From an uncultured Spirochaetota bacterium (GTDB taxonomy: Bacteria; Spirochaetota; Spirochaetia; SZUA-6; CAVTHK01): a DNA stretch of 64,000 nucleotides. The position numbers and the translations under genes are program-made. Below the pieces are notes generated by a model. It was not told the origin of the DNA, ran no database searches, and worked only from the letters and a program-made list of their open reading frames with translations. Shown in pieces: positions 50,719 to 61,660 of the stretch; the stretch's first letter is position 1; each line of letters begins with the position of its first letter. The stretch is from NCBI GenBank assembly GCA_963734495.1, contig CAVTHK010000001.1, forward strand, positions 448,001-512,000, in the 5' to 3' direction.

Positions 50719-52239
50719 GAGGCGCCCCCGCCGATCATGGCGAGCCCGATCCGCTGCCGGGAGAACCCGGGCCGCTCGACGAGGTCCGCGATCCTCCCCC
50801 GGTGCAGGACCGCGATGCGGTCCGAGAGCAGGAGCAGCTCGTCGAGGTCCTCGTTGATCCAGAGCACCGCGCCGCCCTCGCCCCTGATCGCAGACGAGCT
50901 TGCGGAAGATGAACTCCACGGTCGCGAGGTCGAGGCCCGAGGTCGGGTTGTGGGCGACCAGGGCGCGGACCGGGCTCACGAACGCGCGGCCGATGATTGT
51001 CTTCTGGATGTTGCCGCCCGAGAGCCGGCGCATCGCGAGGCGGTCGTCCGGCGTCGCCACCGCGTATTCCGAGATCACTTGAGCGGCCGCGCGGGATGCT
51101 TCGGCCCAGTCGACGAAGAGGCGGCGCCTGCGGAAGCGCGGCCGCCGCTGGTGCCCGAGCAGCACGTTCTCGCGGATGCTCGCTTCCGGCAGGATCGCCT
51201 CGCGGACGCGGTCCTCGGGCGTGTAGGCGAGCCCGAGGCCGAAGACCTGCGCCGCCGTGAGACCGCGGAGGCTCCGGCCGTCGAGCACGATGTCGCCGGC
51301 CGCCATGCGGCGGGTGCGCGTAAAGACCTCCGCCAGCTCCTTCTCGCCGTTGCCCGAAACCGCAGCCACCCCGAGGATCTCGCCTCCGTAGAGGTCGAGC
51401 GTCACGCCGTCCAGGCCGGGGCTGCGGTCGCTGCGCGGCACGGTGACCCCGCGGAGCGACACGACAGGGGCGGCGCTGCGCGCCGCCGGCGGCAGCTCCA
51501 CCCGCGGCAGCGAGGCGTCGGTTACCCCTATGTCGCGCTCCTCGAACATCAGGCGTACCAGCGCCTGCGTGCCCATCTCGGCCCGCGAGAGCTCCCCCCG
51601 GACACGGCCTCGCCGGAGCACCGTCACCGAGCCGCACGCCTCGAGCACCTCCCGGATCTTGTGCGTGATGAGGATCACGCTCATGCCGGATGCGACCAGC
51701 GCGCGGAGGGCCGCGAGGAGCTGGCGGAACTCGGCCTCGACCAGCGACGTGGTGGGCTCGTCGAGGATCAGGAGCTTCGCTTTACGGTAGAGCGCGCGGG
51801 TGATCTCGATCTTCTGCTTGACCCCGGCCGGGAGCTCCCTGACCTTGACGTCGAGCGGGAAATCAAAGCCGAAGGAGTCGCGCAGCTCCTCGATCGCGCG
51901 GCGCGACGGGACGGCGGGGGCGCCGAGGCTCAAGTTCTCGAGGGCCGTGAACTCCTCCACGAGCGTCGACGCCTGGTGCACCATCCCGACGCCGAGCCGG
52001 ATGCTGTCCGCCGGCGAGCGGAGGACGACCCGCCGCCCCTCGAGGCGTATCTCGCCCGCGTCCGGGGCGTAGAGGCCGTAGAGGATGTTCATGAGCGTGG
52101 ACTTGCCCGCCCCGTTTTCGCCTAACAGGCCGTGGATGACGCCGCGGCCGAGCGCGAGGGAGACGTCGCTCAGGGCGGCGACGTCCCCGAAGCGCTTGTG
52201 CAAGCCGCGGAGCTCGACCAGCGGGGCGGGCGCGCCCAT
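50715..52239 (-). CDS. Dual-domain ABC ATPase (YufO-like), frameshifted near 50892
   Basis: GENGAGKST, ILDEPT, LSGGNIQK; removing one base gives KLVAIRGEGGAVLWINEDLDE. Confidence 0.88.
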
Positions 52240-52264
52240 CGCCTCAAGCGCTCGCGCGGGTGCG

Positions 52265-53281
52265 CTACGGGAGGATCGCGTCGAGGTTCTTGACCACGGT
52301 CCGCCTGCCCGAGGCCACTTCGGCCGCGACCACCTTCACCTTGTCATTGATTTCCTGAGTCGTGTTCGCGATGGGCATCTCGGTGTACCGGGCCTTGCCT
52401 TCGCCGTAGTCCATGGGGACAAAGCCGCCCTTCTCCCCTTTCGCGATGCGCTCCAGGATCTGCTTGAGCGTCACGTTGAAGTCGAAGATGTCGGAGGTGA
52501 GGTAGTTGCCGGGCGCCTCATTCTTCTTGCTCGTGTATGTGGTGGTGATCCAGACGGGCCGGCCCGCCTCCTTGGCCGCGGCGTAGATGCCGAGGTTGCC
52601 GAGGTTCACGGCGCTGATGATCACGTCGACGCCCTTGGCGATCAGGCCTTCGGCCGCCTGGCGTGCCTTGACCGGGTCGTTGAAGTCGCCGACGTAGATG
52701 TGCTCGAAGCTCGCCTTGACCCCGGAGTCGCGGATCGCCTGCTTGACCGCGTTGATCTCGCCCCGGGTGAACGGGAGCTCGAGGCCGGCGACGTAGCCGA
52801 TCCTGCCGGCTTTCGTCTGCAGCGCCGCGAGGTAACCGAGGACGTAGAAGCCGGTGTAGTAGTTGCGGTCGATGTACCAGAAGTTGGCGAGCGGCGCGTC
52901 GGGCTTGCCGTCGCCCTCCACGATGAAGATCACGTTGGGGGCCGTCGGTCCCACCTTGAACGCGGCGCTGTTGAACTGGTTGCCGTGGACCCAGATCACG
53001 TTGGAGCCCGCGTTGATGTACTCCCTGATCACGCGCTCGGCGTCCGGCACGGCGACCTTTTCGGAGAAGGACGTCTCGGCGCCCAGCGACTTCTTCGCCT
53101 GCTCGAGGGCGAGGTAGCCGAGGGCGTTGTAGTCCGCGTCCTGGATCGAGCCGGGAAAGACCCCCGCCACGCGCAGCTTCGCCTTGGCCGTGTCGCTCGT
53201 CCCTTCGGCTGCGACGAGGGCCGCAGCGAACGCGAGCAGACCGAAGGCCAGGGCCAGCGCCGTCATCCTCTTTGCGGTCAT
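52265..53281 (-). CDS. BMP-family ABC substrate-binding protein
   Basis: GGAGG RBS, signal peptide, GSIQDADYN, GYLAA, GDFNDP. Confidence 0.88.
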   Translation of the reverse strand: MTAKRMTALALAFGLLAFAAALVAAEGTSDTAKAKLRVAGVFPGSIQDADYNALGYLALEQAKKSLGAETSFSEKVAVPDAERVIREYINAGSNVIWVHGNQFNSAAFKVGPTAPNVIFIVEGDGKPDAPLANFWYIDRNYYTGFYVLGYLAALQTKAGRIGYVAGLELPFTRGEINAVKQAIRDSGVKASFEHIYVGDFNDPVKARQAAEGLIAKGVDVIISAVNLGNLGIYAAAKEAGRPVWITTTYTSKKNEAPGNYLTSDIFDFNVTLKQILERIAKGEKGGFVPMDYGEGKARYTEMPIANTTQEINDKVKVVAAEVASGRRTVVKNLDAILP

Positions 53282-53325
53282 GGGCACCTCCAGCCGTCCA
53301 ATAGGCAGCGGCAGCGCGCCGCCTG

Positions 53326-54180
53326 TCAAGGCCGCGCGGCCCGGCGGCGCTGCCTGTCCGCCTCGTAGAGGACGACGGTCGCCGCCGCCGCCACGTTGAG
53401 CGAGTCGACCGCGCCGGACATCGGGATGGCGAAGGTCAGGTCGCACAGCTCGCGGAGGCGCGCCCCCAGGCCGCGCTTCTCGTTGCCGAGGAGCAGCACG
53501 GTCCGGCCGGACAGGTCCACGTCGTCGATCGTCACGGCCGCGCCCGGGTCGGCCCCGACGACCCGCAGCCCGCCCGAAGCCGCCCGCATGCCCGCGAGCC
53601 ATGAGAGAAGCTCGCCGGTCGAGGGGTTGACGACCAGGGGCACCGAGAACACGGCGCCCAGGCTGGCCCGCACCGCGCGCGCGTCGTAAGGGTCGGCCGC
53701 GTGCCCGAGGAGCACGACGCCGTTCGCGCCGAAGGCCGAGCAGCTCCTGATGATCGACCCGAGGTTGCCCGGGTTCGAGGGACGGTCCAGGACGACCGTC
53801 AAAGAGGCGCCGCTCGTGTCCAGCGCGGTCAGGGAGACGTCCCTCATCCCGACGACCAGCAGCAGCTCGGAGGGCTCCTCCTTGTCGCTGACCTCGTCGA
53901 GGAGCTCCGACGACATGAGCACCTGCGTCGCCTGCGGAGACCGGCGCAGCACGTCGCGGGCCCACGCGGACAGAGGCCGCTCGCCTCGGTAGATCACCGC
54001 GTGGACCGGCCATCCCCGTGCGAGCGCCTCGTTGATCGGGACGACGCCTTCGACGAGGAACTCGCCGTGCTTCCGCCTCTTGGCCCGGTTGCGCTTGAGC
54101 ACGTCGACCCACTGGTAGACGTCGTTGCGCGAGCGGACGGTTTTGCGCAGAGGCGCGTCCGCGGCTCCGGGGATGCTCAC
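53326..54180 (-). CDS. TrmH/SpoU-family RNA methyltransferase
   Basis: NPGNLGSIIRS, LGNEKRGL, IPM..VDSLNVA. Confidence 0.92.
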   Translation of the reverse strand: MSIPGAADAPLRKTVRSRNDVYQWVDVLKRNRAKRRKHGEFLVEGVVPINEALARGWPVHAVIYRGERPLSAWARDVLRRSPQATQVLMSSELLDEVSDKEEPSELLLVVGMRDVSLTALDTSGASLTVVLDRPSNPGNLGSIIRSCSAFGANGVVLLGHAADPYDARAVRASLGAVFSVPLVVNPSTGELLSWLAGMRAASGGLRVVGADPGAAVTIDDVDLSGRTVLLLGNEKRGLGARLRELCDLTFAIPMSGAVDSLNVAAAATVVLYEADRQRRRAARP

Positions 54181-54283
54181 GCGGCGATTCTAGCGGAGAG
54201 GACAGCCGGCCACAAGCGCCGCGTCGCGGCGGGCACGTTGACCGCGAGGGCGCGCCGGCTCATTCTTCCAGGGAGGTGATCGG

Positions 54284-55061
54284 ATGAGACGTGGCGTCCT
54301 CTTCGGGCTGCTCCTGGCGCTGGTCCTTGCGGTGACGACCCGGTGCGCGGAGGTGCAGCAGGCGCTGCAGGACACCCTGGGAGGTCCGGCGGCATCCGCG
54401 CCGCAGGAGGCGAAGGGGGCGGGCCCCGGCGAGCCCCGCGGCCCCGGCCCCCGCCCCGGGCTGGGACTCGGCGCGGCTGGATACGGCGCGCCAGGCGGAA
54501 TACCTGTCGGAGACCGAAAGGGACGTCGTCTTCGAGATCAACAAGCTGCGGTCCGACCCGGCTCGATACGCGCAAGCGTACCTGGCGCCCAGGCGCGGCA
54601 GCTTCCAGGGCCGCCTCTACAAGCGGCGGGGCGAGATCGACCTGATGACGAACGAGGGCGTCGCCGCGCTCGACGAGTGCATCGCTGAGCTCGCGCGGAC
54701 GCAGCCGCGCGACCCGCTGCTGCCTTCGCGCGGCCTGTCGCGGGCCGCGTCGGACCACGCGGCCGACCAGGCGCGGACGGGCCGGACGGGCCACGACGGC
54801 AGCGACGGATCGCGCACCGATTCGCGGATCAACCGGTACGGCAGGTGGGACCGCTCGGCCGGCGAGAACATCAGCTACGGCCCCTCGCGCGCCGCCGAGA
54901 TCGTGATCCAGCTCGCGGTCGACGACGGGGTCCAGGGCCGGGGCCACCGGCGCAACCTCCTGCAGAGCGGGTTCGGCGTCGTCGGAGTCGCGGTCGACTC
55001 CCACCCGAAATTCGGAACGGTGTGCGTCATGGATTTCGCGGGGGCCTACACGGACAGATAG
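54284..55061 (+). CDS. CAP (SCP-like) domain secreted protein, frameshifted near 54417
   Basis: Signal peptide; removing one G from the G run gives an Ala-Pro linker into EINKLR...GHDGSDG, GENI, RGHRRNLL. Confidence 0.82.
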
Positions 55062-55165
55062 CGGCGGCCGCCGCGGGTGCCTTCAACCTTGCTCTTTCTG
55101 CGCTCGATGCCGCGTTGCACGCCGGACGGCCTTGGTTTAGTCTGTACGCGCAGAGGGGGTTGAAC

Positions 55166-55690
55166 ATGCGAAAGTGCCTCGGCCTGTGCATCATCCTGCT
55201 CCTGTCGGCCGCGAGCTTCGCCTGGGCTCAGGACGTCACGGGGTTCTGGAAGACGATCGACGACGAAACCGGCAAGGCGAAGTCGGTCGTGGCGCTCTAC
55301 ATCTACCAGGGCCGGCTCTACGGCCGCGTGATCATGTCGTACGAACCGGACGGCGTGACTGTCCGCGACGACATCTACCGCCAGCAGAGACGCTCGCCGT
55401 TCATCGCGGGCGAGCCGGCCTTCTGCGGGCTCGACATCATGTGGGACCTCACGGAGCGCGGCGGCAGGTGGAGGGGCGGCTCGATCATGGACCCCGGCGA
55501 CCAGGACAAGAAGCCGAAGGTCTACGGCGCGGAAGTCTGGCGTCAGGGCAGCGACCTCACGGTGCGCGGCAAGATCGCGATCTTCGGCCGCAACCAGACG
55601 TGGAAGCCCTTTGCGCCGGCGGATTTCCCGGCCTCGGTCAAGGCGCCCGACACCTCGACGTTCCGCCCCGTCATCCCGGAAGTCAAGTAG
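55166..55690 (+). CDS. DUF2147 family protein
   Basis: Signal peptide; VTGFWKTIDDETGK, GLDI, GSIMDP, VRG..FGRNQTW. Confidence 0.85.
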   Translation: MRKCLGLCIILLLSAASFAWAQDVTGFWKTIDDETGKAKSVVALYIYQGRLYGRVIMSYEPDGVTVRDDIYRQQRRSPFIAGEPAFCGLDIMWDLTERGGRWRGGSIMDPGDQDKKPKVYGAEVWRQGSDLTVRGKIAIFGRNQTWKPFAPADFPASVKAPDTSTFRPVIPEVK

Positions 55691-55755
55691 ATCGAAGGCG
55701 CGCGCCCGAAGGCGGGGCGCGGCTCTCTCCGGGGCCGCTTCCCGCCGCGCTTACG

Positions 55756-58005
55756 TCAGTCCTCCTGGTACACCCGCATCTGGTAGAGCCGGGCCGACGG
55801 GTCCCCGTTGCTGCGCAGAATCTCCAGCCTGATCCGCCGCGAGGTCACGGCATCGAAGCGGTGAACGCGGCGGCGCTGATAGTTGCCTGCCACTTCGACC
55901 GCTCTGACCCATCCGCCTTTGGGCCCCTCGACGTAGAGGACGTAGTCGGCGGCGCATTCGGGCGTTCGAGACAGTCCCGGCGCCGACATGTGAGGGAGGT
56001 TGAGATTGGTGTCGAAGACGAGATGGACCGTGTTGAAGGTGGCGGCCTTCCCGAGGTCGTACTCGACGCTCTGCGGGAAGCCCTGGTCGGGATCTGAGAC
56101 CCAGATGTTGGTCCAATCCTCGGGACGCGTGATCCCACTGAGCAGGTTCCGGGCCTCGTAAGGCCGGGACTCCGGCGTGAGGCGCGTCGTATAGGAGCCC
56201 TTCTGCGCCGACCAGTTCTTCAGGATGCGCGAAGCGCACTGCGTGCCCGTCGGGCTCTTGTCGCTGTACCGCCAGTACACATCCTTGTCCGACTTGAGCC
56301 CGATCCAGTACAGCCCGTGCGGCTCCACGGTCGCGTTCACATCGAACCGGAGCCAGGCGAGGCTGCCGGGCGCGATCTCCGCGCTCGCCTTCGCGAGGCT
56401 CTCGGTGCTGCTGAAGTCCCAGATCGCCCTGGCCCTGTACAGGGTCAGCTCCACCTTCGCGGGCGTCGAGCGTCGGGATTCGACGAGCGCCTCGATCCGG
56501 TCGATGCGCGGGGCCGTGACCGGAAACATCTGCGCGCGCTCGTTGTCGAGGCTGGACCTGAGATAGGTGGTCTGGCGGGCGTACTCGTACTCGTACCCGA
56601 TGGTGCCTTCGGGGAACCGTAGGACGGCGCTGCTCGAGGCGCTGACGGTCGCCGTCCGCGCGAGGTCCTTCGGATCCTCGTTCGACACGTGCGGGATGTA
56701 GCAGTCCTGCTTGAGCAGCAGCTGCTGCAGCTCGGCGATCCGCTTGGGGTACAGCTCGCGCGGCAGGACCCGGTGCCTGGCGCACAGATGCGCGGCCGTG
56801 CCGACCGCCTGCCCGATGACCGCGCAGGTCGCCATCAGGCGCGTCGTGCCCAGCGCGATCTGCGTCGCGCTGATGTCCCGGCCGGCCATCATGAGGTTGG
56901 AGACGTCCTTGGCGTAGAGCGAGCGATACGGGATCGAGTAGATGTACATCTGACGGCGGTCGGTCTCCTCCAGGTTGCCGTCGAAAGTCGCCTCCGGCGG
57001 CTTTGTGCGGTTGAGGATCCCGCCCATCGTATGGACGTCGATGAACCATCCGCCGTAGGCGACCCGGTCGTCGAAGACCACGCTCCGCTTGATGTCCGAT
57101 TCGCGCAGGACGTAGTCGCCCATCACCCGCCTCGATTCGCGCTTGCCGGGCAGGGCGCCGATGAAGTCGATGAACAGGTTCTCCGCGCCGTGGTCGCCGC
57201 GGTTCTTGATGTGGTCCCAGACTCCCAGCAGGTGGCGGAGCAGCTCGTGCCGGATCTGCTCGTTGTCGCCGATCGTGTTGTAGGGAGGGTTGCCCACCTC
57301 GATCCACCAGTATCCGGACGTGACGTCCGCGTGCGTCCTGTGCAGCAGGTCCGCGTCGGTCTTGTAGACCGCAGCCCACTCGGGCGGCACGAACGGAACC
57401 GGGCGTCCCGCGTCGGAAGCGTGGAAAGCGAGGGTGCTCCCCATGGTGTAGTCGTCCGGCTCGTCCGGCGCGAGGGTCTCGCCGAACTCCGCCTTGCCCT
57501 CGCGTCCCATCCGGGTGGTCGCGCCCGCCTTGAACGCGATCGTGGCGTCTCCGGTCGCGTCGACGAACAGGTCGCCTCGGATGGTGAGCTCCTTTTCCGA
57601 GGCGAGCTGCGTGCACCTGATTTCGAGGATCTTCTTCTCGCTGCCCGCGGCCATCACCACCTCGCGGGCCATCGTGTTCAGGAACAGGTCGATGCGGGGC
57701 TCGGCGACCACGGTCTTGTACAGCACGAGGTCCCAGACGGACGTGGCCTCGCCCATCCAGACCCGCCTCGCGTTCTGCGTGCGGTCCTCCAGGTGAAGCT
57801 CTTCGAGGATCCCCGTCTCCCTGGCCCAGGGGTTGAAGTTGCAGGCCCCGCCGATCGGGACCCGGATCTCGCTGCTGGCGTTCCCTCCGAGCACGGGCCG
57901 GTCCTGCACCAGGGCGACGCTGGATCCGAGCCGGGCCGCCGAGACCGCGGCGCACAGGCCTGACAGGCCGCCGCCGACAACGACGAGATCGTACTTCTCT
58001 TTCAC
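55756..58005 (-). CDS. FAD-dependent oxidoreductase (PF12831-like) with C-terminal F5/8-type-like domain
   Basis: VVGGGLSG, RPVLGGNASSE, DATGD, GKRESRR, IPYRSLY, GQAVGTAA. Confidence 0.88.
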   Translation of the reverse strand: MKEKYDLVVVGGGLSGLCAAVSAARLGSSVALVQDRPVLGGNASSEIRVPIGGACNFNPWARETGILEELHLEDRTQNARRVWMGEATSVWDLVLYKTVVAEPRIDLFLNTMAREVVMAAGSEKKILEIRCTQLASEKELTIRGDLFVDATGDATIAFKAGATTRMGREGKAEFGETLAPDEPDDYTMGSTLAFHASDAGRPVPFVPPEWAAVYKTDADLLHRTHADVTSGYWWIEVGNPPYNTIGDNEQIRHELLRHLLGVWDHIKNRGDHGAENLFIDFIGALPGKRESRRVMGDYVLRESDIKRSVVFDDRVAYGGWFIDVHTMGGILNRTKPPEATFDGNLEETDRRQMYIYSIPYRSLYAKDVSNLMMAGRDISATQIALGTTRLMATCAVIGQAVGTAAHLCARHRVLPRELYPKRIAELQQLLLKQDCYIPHVSNEDPKDLARTATVSASSSAVLRFPEGTIGYEYEYARQTTYLRSSLDNERAQMFPVTAPRIDRIEALVESRRSTPAKVELTLYRARAIWDFSSTESLAKASAEIAPGSLAWLRFDVNATVEPHGLYWIGLKSDKDVYWRYSDKSPTGTQCASRILKNWSAQKGSYTTRLTPESRPYEARNLLSGITRPEDWTNIWVSDPDQGFPQSVEYDLGKAATFNTVHLVFDTNLNLPHMSAPGLSRTPECAADYVLYVEGPKGGWVRAVEVAGNYQRRRVHRFDAVTSRRIRLEILRSNGDPSARLYQMRVYQED

Positions 58006-58145
58006 GTCTTTCCCCTTTTCGGGGCGGCGCCCCCGGGCGTCGTCCGCTGCCGCGGCGTTCGCGCGTCGCCGCGCGCGTCGCCGCGACCGCCGCGGATTAT
58101 AGCCGAAGTTGCCCGACCTGACGACTCAGGACGCCAGGGGCTCGA

Positions 58146-59171
58146 TCACGGAGCGCCTGGATCAGCTGCGATGCTCACTTCGCGGCGCTCCCGCAGCGAG
58201 CGGTCGATGGCGTCCACCACCTCCACCGCGGGCAGGGCCTCCCGCGGGCCGACGATCGGCCGGCTTCCGGTCACGATGCAGCGGATGAAGGCGCTGAGCT
58301 CCTCGTAGAACGTGCCTCCGGTCTCGCCGTTGACCTCGGGCCAGTGGATCGTGTCTGGAAAGTCGACCTTGCCCTCGGCCACGACGTGCAGCCCCGCGTC
58401 GCAGGAGTCCAGGTACAGGGCGCCCCGCGTGCCCACGATCTCCATCTTGTCGTCCAGGCCCGTCGGAGAGCTCGAGGGAAGGACCCAGCAGGCCTCGATG
58501 CAGGCGAGCAGCCCGCTGTCGTAGCTCACTAGCGCGATGATCGTGTCGCGCATGCCCCAGCTCCTGAGGAGGACCTCCCGGCTTCTGGCGAACACGCTGA
58601 CGGCCCTCGCGCCCGAGACCCAGTTGATGTAGTCCGCGTCGTGGACCATCAGGTGGATGTGGGTGTCGGTGTGGCCGCGGTACATGGCGGCGCCCGCGAT
58701 GGTGCTGTTGCGCCGGCAGGCGACGTGGATCAGATCGCCGATCTCCCCCGCTGCGATGCTGTCCCTGGCCATCGTGTGGCGCGGGTCGAAGCGGAGCGTG
58801 TGGCCGACCATGAACGTGCGGCCATATCCCTCCGCCAGCCGGCAGATCGCGCGGGCGTCGGCGAGAGTCGACGCGAGCGGCTTTTCCAGCAGGATGTGCT
58901 TGCCTGCGGCGACCGCGGACCTGCTCGCCTCGAGGTGGCTGTCGTCCGGCAGCACGATGCTGACCGCGTCGACAGCGGGATCCTGCAGCAGGTGCCGGTA
59001 GTCCGCGACGACGCGGCAGCCGAAGCGTTTGCCCGCCTCGCTCGCTCGCCGCGCGTCGAGGTCGCAGACCGCCGCGAGCTCCACGCCCGGCATCCGGTGG
59101 TAGACCTGTGCGTGCTTGATGCCGGCCCTGCCGAGCCCGATGACGCCGACCGAGACCGCGTCGCCCTTCAT
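58146..59171 (-). CDS. Gfo/Idh/MocA-family oxidoreductase
   Basis: GVIGLGRAG, KHILLEKP, GHTLRF, VHDAD. Confidence 0.92.
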   Translation of the reverse strand: MKGDAVSVGVIGLGRAGIKHAQVYHRMPGVELAAVCDLDARRASEAGKRFGCRVVADYRHLLQDPAVDAVSIVLPDDSHLEASRSAVAAGKHILLEKPLASTLADARAICRLAEGYGRTFMVGHTLRFDPRHTMARDSIAAGEIGDLIHVACRRNSTIAGAAMYRGHTDTHIHLMVHDADYINWVSGARAVSVFARSREVLLRSWGMRDTIIALVSYDSGLLACIEACWVLPSSSPTGLDDKMEIVGTRGALYLDSCDAGLHVVAEGKVDFPDTIHWPEVNGETGGTFYEELSAFIRCIVTGSRPIVGPREALPAVEVVDAIDRSLRERREVSIAADPGAP

Positions 59172-59280
59172 CCTCGCCTCCGTCGTGGCATCCTAACCCC
59201 ACGGCGACATGTGGACCAGCAGCGCGGCGTCCGTTGCTATCTTGAGATCCGGAAGCGGCTTGCGTCGCAGGGGGTCCTCG

Positions 59281-59856
59281 ATGGGCAAAGGAAGAATGGA
59301 GGCGTTCAGCGACGCCGTGATGGCGATCATCATGACGATCATGGTGCTCGAGCTCCGGGCGCCGCGCGGGACCGAGCTCGCCGCGCTGTCCTCGCTCGTT
59401 CCGCAGTTTCTATGCTACGCGCTGAGCTTCGTCTTTCTGGGAATCTACTGGAGCAACCATCATCACCTCCTGCAGGCGACGAAGCACGTCGGCGGACGCG
59501 TCCTCTGGGCCAACCTGCACCTGCTGTTCTGGCTGTCGCTGATCCCGTTTGCCACGTCCTGGGTGGGCGAGAACCACATTGCCGCCTGGCCGGTGGCGCT
59601 CTACGGGGTGATCCTGCTGCTTGCCGCGGTCGCCTACTTCATCCTGGCGAGGTCGCTGATCGCCCTCCACGGCGCCGACTCGGTCGTGGCGACCGCGCTC
59701 GGCCGCGACTTCAAGGGCAAGGCGTCCATCGCGATCTACGCGGCGGCAATCCCGCTCGCGTTCGTCAGCACCTGGCCCGCCTTCGGGCTGTACGTCGTGG
59801 TCGCGCTGATCTGGCTCGTCCCCGACCGGCGCATCGAGACGACGCTGGCCGGCTAA
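59281..59856 (+). CDS. TMEM175-family potassium channel (DUF1211)
   Basis: RMEAFSDAVMAIIMTIM, YWSNHH, LIPFATSW. Confidence 0.9.
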   Translation: MGKGRMEAFSDAVMAIIMTIMVLELRAPRGTELAALSSLVPQFLCYALSFVFLGIYWSNHHHLLQATKHVGGRVLWANLHLLFWLSLIPFATSWVGENHIAAWPVALYGVILLLAAVAYFILARSLIALHGADSVVATALGRDFKGKASIAIYAAAIPLAFVSTWPAFGLYVVVALIWLVPDRRIETTLAG

Positions 59857-59990
59857 AGAGCCGAGGGGCGCCGGCGACGACGCTTCGACAGGGGAGCTCC
59901 GCAACTTGCCCCGCTCGACGCTTCGCGCTATCGTGGCCGCGAGGACGGCCGCTTCCCGCGAGTGGACCGCCCCGACAAAGGAGGACGGCA

Positions 59991-60809
59991 GTGGCATCCA
60001 AACGCAACCTGGTAACGGTCTTCACCAAGCCCTGGCCCGAGAAGAGCCTTCCCGAGCTCGCCGATTACGTGGCGGGCCTCGGCCTCGACGGCATCGAGCT
60101 GCCCGTGCGGCCCGGCTTCCAGGTGACGCCGGAAAAGGTGACCGCCGAGCTGCCCAGGGCCGCGAAGGTCTTCAAGGAACGCGGGCTGGCGATCCGCAGC
60201 GTGGCCGGTCCCGAAGACGAGCCGACGGTCCGCGCGATGGGCGAGGCGGGCATCCCGATCCTGCGCACCATGGCGAAGATCGACATGAAGGTCGGCTACC
60301 TCAAGTCGATCGACGAGATGCGCAAGCGCTGGGACGCCCTGATGCCCGCGCTGGACAGGAACAAGGTGACGATCGGCGTGCAGAACCACTGCGACTACTT
60401 CGTCGGCAGCGCGATGGGACTCGTCGCCCTGGTCGGGAAGTACGACCGCAGATACGTGGCTGCGGTCCTGGACCCGGCGCACTGCGGGCTCGCGGGCGAG
60501 CCCGACGACCTGGCGATCGACGTCGCCTGGCCCCACCTCGTGTTGGTCAATCTCAAGAGCGGCTTCCAGCGCATGATCACCGGCCCCGAGGTCGAGGACG
60601 TCCAGTGGAAGAAGTACTGGACCACGGGCCGCTTCGGCGTCACGTCGTGGCCCCGGGTGATCAAAGACCTCGCAAAGCGGGGGTATGGCGGCGACTACTG
60701 CCTGACCGCCGAGTACAGCAACCCCGACGGCTCCGGCGACCTCAAGGGTGACGCGGTCGATCGACTGATCAAGGACGACATCGCGCTGGCGCGGTCGCTG
60801 ATCGGCTAA
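59991..60809 (+). CDS. Sugar phosphate isomerase/epimerase (TIM barrel)
   Basis: VFTKPW, GIELPVRPG, QNH, LDPAH, NLK, TAEY; AAGGAGG RBS. Confidence 0.85.
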   Translation: MASKRNLVTVFTKPWPEKSLPELADYVAGLGLDGIELPVRPGFQVTPEKVTAELPRAAKVFKERGLAIRSVAGPEDEPTVRAMGEAGIPILRTMAKIDMKVGYLKSIDEMRKRWDALMPALDRNKVTIGVQNHCDYFVGSAMGLVALVGKYDRRYVAAVLDPAHCGLAGEPDDLAIDVAWPHLVLVNLKSGFQRMITGPEVEDVQWKKYWTTGRFGVTSWPRVIKDLAKRGYGGDYCLTAEYSNPDGSGDLKGDAVDRLIKDDIALARSLIG

Positions 60810-60823
60810 AGGGATCACGAGCG

Positions 60824-61624
60824 ATGTTCACGCTGCGCCTGCGCGAGCAGCGGCTGGAGACGGACGGCAGCGGTCACCGCGGATGGAGGCACGTCGCGCG
60901 CGAGGTGAGCCTGCGCGAGGCGGAGACCGCGGTCGTGATCTGCGACGTCTGGGACCGGCATTGGTGCCGCGGCGCGGTCGAGCGCCTGGAGTCGATGCTC
61001 GACCGCATGTGCGACGCCGTCTCGGCGGCGCGGGAGGCCGGCGCGCTGATCGTGCACGCGCCCTCCGACACCATGGCGGCCTACGCCGGCTCGCCCGCCC
61101 GGGCCCGCGCGCTCGCCGCCCCGGCCGTCGAGCCGCCGCAGGACCTGCCGCACGCCGACCCGCCGCTGCCGGTCGACGCCTCCGACGGCGGCTGCGACAC
61201 CGACGGCAACGTCGCGGGCCCCGACCGCCGCGTGTGGACCCGGCAGCACCCGCGCCTCGCGATCGACGAGGCGCGGGACGCGATCAGCGACAACGGCCGC
61301 GAGATCTACTCGCTCCTGCGGAGCCGCGGCATCGGCCACGTGCTTCTGATGGGCGTGCACACCAACATGTGCATCCTCAACCGCACCTTCGCGATCAAGC
61401 AGATGGTGCGCTGGGGCGTCGACACGATGCTCTGCCGCGACCTCACCGACGCGATGTACAATCCTGCTCTCCGGCCCTACGTCAGCCACGAGCAGGGCAC
61501 GCACCTGGTCATCGAGCACATCGAGAAGTTCTGGTGCCCGACCTTCGCGAGCGCGGATCTCGTCGGCCGCTCGGCCGACCGGGCGCGGCCCGGCACCGGA
61601 CTCGTGGACGTCCTCGGCCGTTAA
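60824..61624 (+). CDS. Isochorismatase/cysteine hydrolase family protein
   Basis: ICDVWDRHWC, VHAPS, GVHTNMCI, RDLTD. Confidence 0.82.
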   Translation: MFTLRLREQRLETDGSGHRGWRHVAREVSLREAETAVVICDVWDRHWCRGAVERLESMLDRMCDAVSAAREAGALIVHAPSDTMAAYAGSPARARALAAPAVEPPQDLPHADPPLPVDASDGGCDTDGNVAGPDRRVWTRQHPRLAIDEARDAISDNGREIYSLLRSRGIGHVLLMGVHTNMCILNRTFAIKQMVRWGVDTMLCRDLTDAMYNPALRPYVSHEQGTHLVIEHIEKFWCPTFASADLVGRSADRARPGTGLVDVLGR

Positions 61625-61660
61625 AGCCGACCGGCGCCGCCGCCGCCGGCCGGCGTGGCC

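Noticed and set aside
49648-52239. 863-aa ABC ATPase-permease fusion
   Set aside because: Artefact of the insertion at ~50892; the correct ATPase tail and stop (50715) lie in another frame
58021-58095. GC-rich GCGTCGCCGC repeats in the flavoprotein leader as a riboswitch
   Set aside because: Low-complexity sequence with no recognisable aptamer consensus
59281-59856. Eukaryote-derived lysosomal channel
   Set aside because: Single-repeat TMEM175 homologues are well known in bacteria
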